From NCBI GenBank assembly GCA_945921465.1, contig CAMEKS010000003.1, forward strand, positions 1-62,831: a stretch of DNA of 62,831 bases. The letters run 5' to 3'. Numbering within the stretch: position 1 is the first letter of the stretch; the number at the start of each line of letters is the position of its first letter. Shown here one piece after another: positions 30,828-39,858 of the stretch. The DNA comes from an uncultured Clostridia bacterium. Lineage in GTDB: Bacteria > Bacillota > Clostridia > Christensenellales > UBA1242. The notes beneath the pieces were generated by a model, which did not search any database, was not told where the DNA came from, and was given only the letters and a program-made list of their open reading frames with translations. Made by a program: the position numbers and the translations under genes.

Positions 30828-31793
30828 GTGCAGTATTTGCTTTATTATTCAAAATTAGTTGCAGGGGTATATATGAGTAAAATAATTGATGGATACAAGA
30901 TAGATAACTTCGGATACATTATTGTTCCAACCAATTCTAAAATATTTGTTGATAGTAGAAGAACGGTAACTTTTAAGAGTCGCAAAATTAAACAATATTT
31001 CAAAGCAATTTACAAAAAATATGACTTTCTTGGTAATGGTTCGGATCAGCCAATAGATAACTTTGAATTGTTGAGTGAATTATATTTAAGCAGATTGGCA
31101 AATCTTGATTTTGGGTTAACAACACCAATTTACTATCCTGCCAAATATTTAACTAGTACTGGCAGTGAATATATTGGGGTTGTTTGTTCAGACTACACAC
31201 AAGGATATAGTCAGGTAGATAAGTCTATTACCATTAACAAAATGCTAAGCCCAACTATTAGGAATCTAAAACAATCTAAGACTTATTCATTATTGACAAA
31301 CAAGGCAAAACAAGACCTTAATACAACTATGTTTTTTGATTATATAACAGCACAAGGCGATAGATCTGGAGCAAACCTGGCTTTTGCCAAGAAAGATAAA
31401 AATCAAGAAAAATATGATACCACTATAGTCTTTGATTATGGCAACACATATCTTAGTTTGCTTAGGAATTATGACACTCATGACCTTCATAGACATCTAG
31501 ACGAGAATGGCAAATTATTCTTAGGTATAGATACTCCTATGGCAAGTTATGAGACTTTTCTAGATGAAGTGGAAACATCTACAATAATTAAATCAAAAGA
31601 CGTAAATCATTTTTTAGATAAAGCGATTAAATCGATTAAGTCTGGCACAGTAAAACTGATAGGTGAGGAACTAGAAGATAAATTTAACATTCCACAAAAT
31701 CCAAAGTATGAATTAATGCTTACGGAATGTATGAAATATCAGGCCGAAAGATTAGACAAGAGTCTTGAACAAAGAGAAAAAGAATTGTGTTAA
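30828..31793 (+). CDS. HipA/CtkA-like (PI3/4-kinase-like fold) kinase 1 (probable start ATG 30873)
   Basis: YFK, SELYLSRLA...LTTPIY, FDYITAQGDRSGANL, FDYGN. Confidence 0.8.
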   Translation: MQYLLYYSKLVAGVYMSKIIDGYKIDNFGYIIVPTNSKIFVDSRRTVTFKSRKIKQYFKAIYKKYDFLGNGSDQPIDNFELLSELYLSRLANLDFGLTTPIYYPAKYLTSTGSEYIGVVCSDYTQGYSQVDKSITINKMLSPTIRNLKQSKTYSLLTNKAKQDLNTTMFFDYITAQGDRSGANLAFAKKDKNQEKYDTTIVFDYGNTYLSLLRNYDTHDLHRHLDENGKLFLGIDTPMASYETFLDEVETSTIIKSKDVNHFLDKAIKSIKSGTVKLIGEELEDKFNIPQNPKYELMLTECMKYQAERLDKSLEQREKELC

Positions 31794-31940
31794 ATTGCTA
31801 CTTTTTGGTTATTAAAACGTAGCGAAAATAGATTTAATGCAATGTTGGTGACGAATGTGCCAGAAGGACTGATTATATATAACAAATTTTAATACAATTA
31901 AGATGTCACTTTGTAGCGGAATTGTGATAGTCCAAAAATT

Positions 31941-31976
31941 TTGCGAACGAAATCGAAGCAAATCAATTGTACATAG
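31941..31976. repeat. Fragment related to the right end of the 21651 element
   Basis: TTGCGAAC..AGCAAATC..ACATAG shared with 21817-21850. Confidence 0.5.
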
Positions 31977-32116
31977 AATATATATAATTTCTTTGCGCTA
32001 ATTGAAAAGTTTCTCAATACGTAGTATTCTATCTAACTAACAATCGTTGTCTGATTACTGGTGATGAATTGCAACTATTATTACATTATTGGATTAATTA
32101 TTTAGGAGAAATATAA

Positions 32117-33028
32117 ATGACTGAAATAAATAAATTAACGAGGGTTGGTGATAGTATTATTTTGCCTAGAAAGGCAGAATTTATTCCGTTTGTAGGTCGC
32201 ATCAAGCGATTTAAGTCAGATGGCGAAATGTATTATTACAAATCTGTTGATGAGAGCAGTTCGCCTGCAGATCTGAAGGTTAATGGCGAAATATTATGTG
32301 AATTATATCTTAGTCGATTGGCAAAAAATGATTTTGACTTGACAACACCTATATATTTTGTGGCAAAAGATATGGAATATTATGACAATTATTCAAGCAT
32401 AGGAGTACTTAACAAAGATTTTATGGCAGGCTATGGCCAAGTATCTCATTTGCAAATGGTGGGTGGGTCTAAAGATTTTTATAATCCAACTATTAAGATG
32501 ATTGTAGACAAAGGTATTGCCCAAAAGATGACTCCTGGAGCATTCAATGATATTAAGAAATTAATGTTTTTTGATTATCTTACAGCACAGACTGATAGGC
32601 ATGGGCGTAATATAGCGCTGGCATCAGAAGATACTTTCTGGAGTCCTATATATTCTACAGTAATAGCATATGATTATGGCAACAGTTTCTTGGCTTTTCG
32701 TGATTTAGACAATATTAATGAGATAGCAGTCTATAATCATTTGAACGATGCTGGAATGTTAAAACTTGGCTTAGATACACCTATGTCTACATACAAACAA
32801 TTTATCAATGAGACAATATCTTCAGATTATATATCATATTTTGATAGAATCAATGCTATTAATTCTGCGGCTAGTATTATAGACAAATCTAGAGTTTCAG
32901 AAATTGGCGAGGAACTGGAAAATGATATTAAACTAAACAGGCACAAAGGTTTTGAACATATTTTGGAAGAGTGTATCAAGATACAGGCTGACAAATTGGA
33001 TAATGCTAGTGCAACAATGAAACTATAA
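32117..33028 (+). CDS. HipA/CtkA-like kinase 2
   Basis: YYYK, CELYLSRLA...LTTPIY, FDYLTAQTDRHGRNI, YDYGN; AGGAG RBS. Confidence 0.85.
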   Translation: MTEINKLTRVGDSIILPRKAEFIPFVGRIKRFKSDGEMYYYKSVDESSSPADLKVNGEILCELYLSRLAKNDFDLTTPIYFVAKDMEYYDNYSSIGVLNKDFMAGYGQVSHLQMVGGSKDFYNPTIKMIVDKGIAQKMTPGAFNDIKKLMFFDYLTAQTDRHGRNIALASEDTFWSPIYSTVIAYDYGNSFLAFRDLDNINEIAVYNHLNDAGMLKLGLDTPMSTYKQFINETISSDYISYFDRINAINSAASIIDKSRVSEIGEELENDIKLNRHKGFEHILEECIKIQADKLDNASATMKL

Positions 33029-33041
33029 AAGGCATAAGAGA

Positions 33042-34025
33042 ATGGGGTTTATAGAAGATTTCAAAAAATATAATCGGGATAAAAATGGATTTGTTGTTCT
33101 TGATCCTTTGATCGAGAAGAACAATAGAAAAATATCTGATACTAAAAATCATATGCTGTTTACAAACAAAAATGGCAACAGATATTATTATAAAATTGAG
33201 GGCGCATGTAGCGACTTATACAAAGAACGACTGACTTCTTATAATAATTATAGTGGCCAATTTGCAGATAATGATGCATTTCTTTTGTCTGAAGTGGTTA
33301 ATTCAAGACTTGTTAATATGCTCGGTTTGTATTCACCAAAGTGCTATTTGGCTAGAATTGGCAAATATAAGGGTATAATTTCTCAAGACTATTGCAATCA
33401 ATATCCTGCTGCTTTCTCTTTAGCAGATTATACCCAGCGATATTTACATGGTCTTGATAATTATCTATACGCATCTATAGAAACGTTGACTAATTCTAAA
33501 AACTTGTCAGACAATATACTAAATCAATTAGGTCTTGCATCCCTAGTATATATAGGAACTGCACAGGCAGACAGCAATCAAGAAAATTTGGCAATATATG
33601 AGGGCGAAAAAACTGAAGACGATCAAGTTATTATGATAGACCATGCTAATACAAGGATTGCATTTTCTGGCGAACCTAGATTGGTTCAACGCAGTTATCA
33701 AAAAGGGAATTATAACCCTGTGCTTAATATAACAGACAATACATATGAAATTAGCGATTATTATAATGACCTAGTGACTTCTAAGTATATAAGCAAAGAT
33801 ACGATAGAACGTTATCTTAGTAATCTAGAGAAAGTATTGCATAACAATAATTTTATCTCTGATATTAATGCTGAGGTCAAGGAGTATTGTGGGCTAGTAG
33901 TCCCAAGAGAATTTATGGATATGTCAAAAGAGGTGCTATATTCAACGGGTGAGCATATACAAAATGCATATGATAAGCGGAAATTATTAGAAGAATCAAC
34001 TACTTATGATAATAGCTCAAAGTAG
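33042..34025 (+). CDS. HipA/CtkA-like kinase 3 (divergent)
   Basis: YYYK, SEVVNSRL...LGL, GIISQDY, AQADSNQENL, IDHAN. Confidence 0.7.
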   Translation: MGFIEDFKKYNRDKNGFVVLDPLIEKNNRKISDTKNHMLFTNKNGNRYYYKIEGACSDLYKERLTSYNNYSGQFADNDAFLLSEVVNSRLVNMLGLYSPKCYLARIGKYKGIISQDYCNQYPAAFSLADYTQRYLHGLDNYLYASIETLTNSKNLSDNILNQLGLASLVYIGTAQADSNQENLAIYEGEKTEDDQVIMIDHANTRIAFSGEPRLVQRSYQKGNYNPVLNITDNTYEISDYYNDLVTSKYISKDTIERYLSNLEKVLHNNNFISDINAEVKEYCGLVVPREFMDMSKEVLYSTGEHIQNAYDKRKLLEESTTYDNSSK

Positions 34026-34085
34026 GAGAATAATGGTCAAAAATGAAAAAGAGTAGTTAATTTAGATTAAAACAATGAATTTTTA

Positions 34086-34114
34086 TTGACAAATATACAT
34101 AAATAATATATAAT
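34086..34114 (+). promoter_or_regulatory. SigmaA promoter of greA
   Basis: TTGACA-17-TATAAT perfect consensus. Confidence 0.9.
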
Positions 34115-34126
34115 ACCACGTAAATT

Positions 34127-34651
34127 TTGGGAAAAGTGTTTCCCAAATTATTTTTTAGGAGGCGTAGAGTTATGGCTGAGCAAGTTTATTTGACCAAAGA
34201 GGGTTATAAGGAGCTAGAGGCAAGATTATTATATCTTAAGAGTGAAGGCAGAGTGGCTGTTGCAGAGAAGATAAGTGTAGCTAGGTCTTTTGGTGATATT
34301 AGCGAGAATAGTGAATATGATGCTGCTAGAGAAGAAGAAGCACTTCTAGAGCAAGAAATTGTAGAGATAGAGAATACTTTGCGTAATGCTAAGATTATAT
34401 CCAAGTCAAAAATTAACCAAGACAAAATTAATGTAGGCGCAACCGTTAAGGTATATGACAAAGAGTTTGACGAAGAGTTGACATTTAAGATTATTGGTAG
34501 TTTTGAGTCTGATCCCGCTAAAGGATTGATTAGTAATGAGAGTCCTACAGGCAAAGCTTTGTTAGGTAAATCTGTTGGAGACAAGGCTGTGGTAGAGGTT
34601 GAGGGGACTAATACTAAGATCACTTATGAGATACTTGATATTAAATACTAG
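34127..34651 (+). CDS. greA: Transcription elongation factor GreA (probable start ATG 34172)
   Basis: LTKEGY, ARSFGDISENSEYDAA, ISNESPTGKALLG; AGGAGG RBS. Confidence 0.97.
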   Translation: MGKVFPKLFFRRRRVMAEQVYLTKEGYKELEARLLYLKSEGRVAVAEKISVARSFGDISENSEYDAAREEEALLEQEIVEIENTLRNAKIISKSKINQDKINVGATVKVYDKEFDEELTFKIIGSFESDPAKGLISNESPTGKALLGKSVGDKAVVEVEGTNTKITYEILDIKY

Positions 34652-34669
34652 AAAAGTACAAATAACAAG

Positions 34670-34698
34670 TTGACATATTGTTTAGTTTAGTGTATTAT
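34670..34698 (+). promoter_or_regulatory. SigmaA promoter of the thrS leader
   Basis: TTGACA (34670-75)-17-TATTAT (34693-98). Confidence 0.75.
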
Positions 34699-34852
34699 AA
34701 TTTTCGAGAAGTTGAGTTGTTATCGCTATTGCTCACGACTCTGCTTGCAACCGCAATTCTGCTATAGATTGCGACATTTAGACTATAACTAACAGTTATA
34801 TACTATATAATTAGATTGTGTCTATCATGTTAAACATAGAGACAAGTAGCAC

Positions 34853-35089
34853 CAGATAGTGACTAACAAGAGAGTTAATCCTTTGGCTGGAAGATTAACA
34901 AGGAAGTCTGGCAGTGAAACCGCTTGATTGTAATGGATAGGGTTGGGTCATTACCATATTTGACCAAAATTAAGAGTGGTGACAGATTATAATCTGCACA
35001 ATTAAGGTGGAACCACGGAAAAATTTGTTAATAATTTTTTCGCCCTTAAGAAAAGTATGTTTTTTACTTTTTTTAAGAGCGATTTTTTT
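34853..35089 (+). ncRNA. T-box riboswitch, Thr specifier
   Basis: AGAGA and GGCTGGAAG stem I boxes; GTGAA-ACC-G specifier (ACC = Thr, 34919-21); T-box AATTAAGGTGGAACCACGG (35000-18); terminator 35040-35089 with U-run. Confidence 0.95.
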
Positions 35090-35119
35090 ATAAAAACTTA
35101 GAAGATTAAGGAGATTTAT

Positions 35120-36856
35120 ATGGAAAAAGAAAGTTTTATTATGTCTGCTAGACACACTGCTAGCCATGTATTGGCTGCCGCTATCAAGAGCCTATATGGT
35201 AATGATGTTAAGTTTGGTATCGGACCTGCTATAGATAATGGATTTTACTATGATTTTGATATGCCACAAAATTTAACACCAGAAGATTTTGATGCTATTG
35301 AGAGCAAAATGCATGAGATAATTAATCAAAACCTAGATATGGAGAAAGAAGTAATAACAAGAGCAAAAGCTTTGGAAATGTTTCAAGACCAGCCATATAA
35401 GGTAGAACTGATTAATGATTTGCCAGAAGACGAGGAAATTTCGGTTTATCATTTAGGGGATTTGTTTACCGATTTGTGTCGTGGACCTCATGTAGAGAAT
35501 ACAAAATTTTTGCGTAGTATTGCTTTCAAAGTTAATAGAATAAGTGGTGCTTATTGGCGTGGAAACGAAAATAACAAAATGATGCAAAGGATATACGTAT
35601 ATTGCTTTGAGAAGAAAGATGAATTGAAAGATTATCTTAGGATGTTAGAAGAAGCCGAGAAACGAGACCATAGAAAAATTGGTAAAGAATTGGGCTTGTT
35701 CTTCTTAAGTGAATACGCTCCTGGTATGCCATTCTATATGCCCAATGGCGTAATTGTACGAAATGAGTTAATTAAGTATTGGCGAGAAGTCCATAGACGT
35801 GCTGGTTATGTAGAGATAGAGACTCCAATGGCTATGAATAGGAAATTATGGGAGATATCTGGACACTGGGACCATTACAAAGAAAATATGTACACATTCA
35901 AAGCAGAGGATGAGGATTTTGCAATTAAGCCAATGAATTGCCCAGGTGGAATGTTATATTACAAAGAAAGACTTCATTCTTATAAGGAATTTCCTCTGAG
36001 GGTTGGTGAATTAGGCAAAGTTCATAGACACGAAGCTAGTGGCACAATGCATGGGCTTTTCCGTGTGAGATGCTTTACGCAAGACGATGCACATATTTTT
36101 ATGTTGCCAAGTCAAATTGAGAGTGAAATCAAGAATGTGTTGTCATTAGTTGATGAGATGTACAAGACTTTTGGATTAACTTATCATTTAGAGTTGTCAA
36201 CTATGCCAGAAAATCATATTGGAGATATTGCAGATTGGCAAATGGCAGAAGAGGGCTTGAAAAACGCATTAGAACATATTGGTAAAGGCTATGTAATTAA
36301 TGAAGGAGATGGTGCGTTCTATGGACCAAAGATTGATATTCATATCAAAGATGCTATAGGAAGGACCTGGCAATGTGGCACAATTCAGCTAGATATGCAA
36401 TTACCTAAGAGATTTAACCTAGAATATGTGGCAGAAGATGGGACTAAGAAAGAACCTATTATGATTCATAGAGTAATTTATGGTTCTATTGATAGATTCT
36501 TTGGCATCATTACAGAGAACTTTGCAGGAGCATTCCCTGTATGGTTAGCGCCTGTTCAAGCAAGAGTGTTAAATATTAGCGAAGCACAAAGCGATTATGC
36601 TAAGTCTGTATGTGACAAATTATTACAGGCAGGCATTAGGGCAGAAGTGGAATTGCGTAATGAGACTATTTCTAAGAAGATAAAAGAAGCAACAAAAGAG
36701 AAAATACCTTATGTTCTGATCGTAGGAGACAAAGAAAAAGAGAACAATCAAGTATCAGTACGTGTACGTGGCAAAGGAGATATTGGTGCTGTTAATATTG
36801 ATGAATTTATAGAAAAAGTTACAGAAGAAATCAAGAACAGAACATTAACTGATTAA
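35120..36856 (+). CDS. thrS: Threonine--tRNA ligase (no N-terminal TGS domain)
   Basis: RHTASH, DLCRGPH, RDHRKIG, KPMNCPG, FTQDDAH, WQCGTIQLD, MIHRVIYGS. Confidence 0.98.
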   Translation: MEKESFIMSARHTASHVLAAAIKSLYGNDVKFGIGPAIDNGFYYDFDMPQNLTPEDFDAIESKMHEIINQNLDMEKEVITRAKALEMFQDQPYKVELINDLPEDEEISVYHLGDLFTDLCRGPHVENTKFLRSIAFKVNRISGAYWRGNENNKMMQRIYVYCFEKKDELKDYLRMLEEAEKRDHRKIGKELGLFFLSEYAPGMPFYMPNGVIVRNELIKYWREVHRRAGYVEIETPMAMNRKLWEISGHWDHYKENMYTFKAEDEDFAIKPMNCPGGMLYYKERLHSYKEFPLRVGELGKVHRHEASGTMHGLFRVRCFTQDDAHIFMLPSQIESEIKNVLSLVDEMYKTFGLTYHLELSTMPENHIGDIADWQMAEEGLKNALEHIGKGYVINEGDGAFYGPKIDIHIKDAIGRTWQCGTIQLDMQLPKRFNLEYVAEDGTKKEPIMIHRVIYGSIDRFFGIITENFAGAFPVWLAPVQARVLNISEAQSDYAKSVCDKLLQAGIRAEVELRNETISKKIKEATKEKIPYVLIVGDKEKENNQVSVRVRGKGDIGAVNIDEFIEKVTEEIKNRTLTD

Positions 36857-36871
36857 ATTTGTTTGAAATCA

Positions 36872-36912
36872 AAGAAATAAGGCCGGTAATTAAGTTATCG
36901 GTCTTATTTCTT
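36872..36912. terminator. Terminator between thrS and sbcC
   Basis: 18-bp arms with two G-U pairs. Confidence 0.8.
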
Positions 36913-37143
36913 CATAAAATGGCCATAATAAGTCATTTTTTATTGATTTGCATAGTAATAAAAGCACATATTATGGTAATACTTAATTAGTACCATTATT
37001 TACAATACTAATTGTGTATTAGCAATAATTTAATTAATGGGAGGAACTACAATTATAATAGAAATAAGTATATTATCTTGTGTGATAAACTTAGAATAAT
37101 CAATATATCTCTTAACTTATTTCTTATGTAATATGCAAAAGTA

Positions 37144-39858
37144 TTAATATTCTTCAGTAATAATAGATCCTTGGTCGTTATTGTCTTTCTTAACAATTAC
37201 TTTGTTGGTTATATAATTTTTCATTTTTTCTACGTGTGTAATAAATCCAACAGTAAAGTTCATATTGATTAAAGTATCAAATGATTGTAGTACTTTGTCT
37301 ATATAACTCTCGCTTAGACTGCCAAAACCTTCGTCTATAAAGAAGAAACTGAAATCTTTGTTGTTATTAGTAGCTATTGATTGGGTTATACCTAATGCCA
37401 AACTTAATGAGATTATAAATCTCTCACCACCACTAAGTGTCTTGATTGTACGAGATATTCCGCCATTGAAATTGTCTAGTACATAGAAGTCTTTGTCATA
37501 CTTAAGTAAATATTTACCCTTAGATATTGAGTATACATATTTGTTGGCAAAGTCTGTAATTAGATACATATATTCTTCAGCAATAAATTCCATTAATGCT
37601 CCATTGGCTATTAGTTCTTGCAGTTTCTGAATAGTGTTTAGTTCTTTCATAATTTGCTTGTACTCTAGCTTTAGAGCTTTCACCATATGTAGATTGTCTT
37701 GTTGAATTTTAATGTTATTATTAAGTGCACCAATGTCTGACAATATTTGATTAAGTTGTGCCTGAGTCTGATTAATTTTATTTTCTGATTCTTCGATAAT
37801 TTCTTTTGTGACATTTTTGTTGCGGATACTAGCATCTAGTTCTTGAACTAGCGTATAGTAGTATGCCATATTGGTGTCAAATGTATTTATTTTATCTTGT
37901 ATAGCGTTAATTTCATCTTGATTTGTAAGCAACAAATTACGATTATTCTTAATATCTTGTTCATATTTTTTTAAGTCAAATAGGGCAAGTACATCTTTCA
38001 ATTCTTTTGCCGATTTATTAAGATTATCTATTTCAGCGGATTTTACTTCAATAGTCGTAAATAGTTTTGTTCGCAGATTGTTAATACCATTAATGTTTTC
38101 ATCTTGCATTAATATGTCATGATCGATTTGTTTTATTTTATTACTAATTTCTGCAATATCGGCCTCAGATGGCAAAGACTTCAATTGATTCTGCAACTTT
38201 TCAAATTGTTTTAAGTCCAAATTGTATTGTTTAACAATCTCTTCTTTCAACTTTTTCGTCTCATTGATAATAGTTGTATAGTTAGCCATATCCTTGGCAT
38301 TGTCTTGCAACTTGTTATTTAATGCAATGATATTTTGCATTACTCTGTCTTTTTCATCTTCTAAGTTATGCTTAATTATAGATATATTTTCGTTGCGGAA
38401 TTCAATATCTAACTCATTAGTAATATTGGCAATGGCGATTTCTTGTTCTTGCCTTACGGTTTTTATTGCATTCAATATTGATGTGATAATTGATTTGGAA
38501 TAAGTATCAGATATTTTTGTATCAATATCTCGTGAATATGAATGTTCAATATTATTTAATTGGCCTACTATATCTCGTCGTACATCTATTGTAATGGCGT
38601 TATTTAATTTTTCTAAAACATTATTACATCGTTTATAATCTTGATTAAGCTCATCTAGTTCTATATAAATATTCTGATTATCAGTCTTAATTTTTCTTAT
38701 TAATTTAGAATTATCTTCTATAGTGGCATCATATGAATTGCAAGTATCTACGTATGAATTGATTTGTTTTTCTAAAGCAGATGCTTGATCATTAAGCAAT
38801 TTTACATCAGTCATTTTGGATAACATAAATATTTTTTTATCATCCAACTTCTTCTTGGTACTTGCTAATTCTTCTCTATGTTTTTTCTCTGCTGATATAG
38901 TATTGTCAGTAGATTCTAATTCAGTTCGAATAGATATAATGTCTGAATTCTTGGCTGATATTTCAGCAACGATCCCTTCGTATTTGTCGTTAACACTAAT
39001 GTAATTACCATATTGATTGGTATATTCAATTTGTTTTTTGCCAAAGTCAATTTCTGGCTTTGTTTCTAATAATTTATTAATTTCATCGTTTGCGGCATTT
39101 AATTTCAATATATTATCATAATCATTAATTAGCATTATGTTGTTAGTTTTTTCTACATTTAGTTGAAATTCTACATCAATCTTGTTCTTTTCTTTTTCCA
39201 AGAGCTCCATTTCTAATGCACTTAAGTTAAGGTCGTTAATGTTGTTATAAATTGCCAGTTTCTCTTCTGTACTTATTTTTTTGTTAGAATATAGATTTTT
39301 ACGATTTTTTAATTTTTCTTGCAAATTCACACCAAAATTTTCTAAGTTGAATAATTTAGAAATTGTTTTCTTTCTATTCATTGGCGTATCTGTTAAGAAT
39401 GCATCGAATTCTCCTTGCGGAATGGCAATGCATTTTAAGAATTCTTTTTTGCCTATGCCAATAATTCTAGCGACTGCATTATTAACATCATCTGGTTTTT
39501 CGGCTAAGACGTCATTTGTATCTAGGTCGGTTAGGGTGGCATCAGATTTTACAATACCGCTCTTTAACAATTTGTGTCTACGTTCTATTCTAAATTTTCT
39601 GTTTTCGCCCTCAAAGTAAATCTCGAAATCATATATTATGTATGCTTCATTGGTGTTGACATTAATTACATTCTGAATGGTGTCACGTTCACTTGTTCCA
39701 TATAACGCCATCACTATACAATCTAATATTGTCGTTTTGCCAGAACCAGTTTCACCAAAAATACCAAACAACTTACTTTCTGCCACTTTGTCAAAATGAA
39801 CAACTTGTTCGCTAACATAACTATTAATACCTTTAATTATTATCCGAATCGGTTTCAT
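37144..39858 (-). CDS. sbcC: SbcC/Rad50-like SMC ATPase
   Basis: GETGSGKT, IPQGEF (Q-loop), long coiled coil, LSGGERF, FFFIDEGFGSL, GFITH. Confidence 0.93.
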   Translation of the reverse strand: MKPIRIIIKGINSYVSEQVVHFDKVAESKLFGIFGETGSGKTTILDCIVMALYGTSERDTIQNVINVNTNEAYIIYDFEIYFEGENRKFRIERRHKLLKSGIVKSDATLTDLDTNDVLAEKPDDVNNAVARIIGIGKKEFLKCIAIPQGEFDAFLTDTPMNRKKTISKLFNLENFGVNLQEKLKNRKNLYSNKKISTEEKLAIYNNINDLNLSALEMELLEKEKNKIDVEFQLNVEKTNNIMLINDYDNILKLNAANDEINKLLETKPEIDFGKKQIEYTNQYGNYISVNDKYEGIVAEISAKNSDIISIRTELESTDNTISAEKKHREELASTKKKLDDKKIFMLSKMTDVKLLNDQASALEKQINSYVDTCNSYDATIEDNSKLIRKIKTDNQNIYIELDELNQDYKRCNNVLEKLNNAITIDVRRDIVGQLNNIEHSYSRDIDTKISDTYSKSIITSILNAIKTVRQEQEIAIANITNELDIEFRNENISIIKHNLEDEKDRVMQNIIALNNKLQDNAKDMANYTTIINETKKLKEEIVKQYNLDLKQFEKLQNQLKSLPSEADIAEISNKIKQIDHDILMQDENINGINNLRTKLFTTIEVKSAEIDNLNKSAKELKDVLALFDLKKYEQDIKNNRNLLLTNQDEINAIQDKINTFDTNMAYYYTLVQELDASIRNKNVTKEIIEESENKINQTQAQLNQILSDIGALNNNIKIQQDNLHMVKALKLEYKQIMKELNTIQKLQELIANGALMEFIAEEYMYLITDFANKYVYSISKGKYLLKYDKDFYVLDNFNGGISRTIKTLSGGERFIISLSLALGITQSIATNNNKDFSFFFIDEGFGSLSESYIDKVLQSFDTLINMNFTVGFITHVEKMKNYITNKVIVKKDNNDQGSIITEEY

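Noticed and set aside
30828-34025. Classical HipBA toxin-antitoxin modules
   Set aside because: No HTH antitoxin ORF upstream or between the genes; the divergent 30318 gene is not HTH-like
3980-36957. Reading the CATAGTA core of the dispersed motif as sigmaG -10 boxes
   Set aside because: In the copies checked (3980, 19069, 36948) there is no GHATR -35 at 17-18 bp, and several copies point antisense into genes
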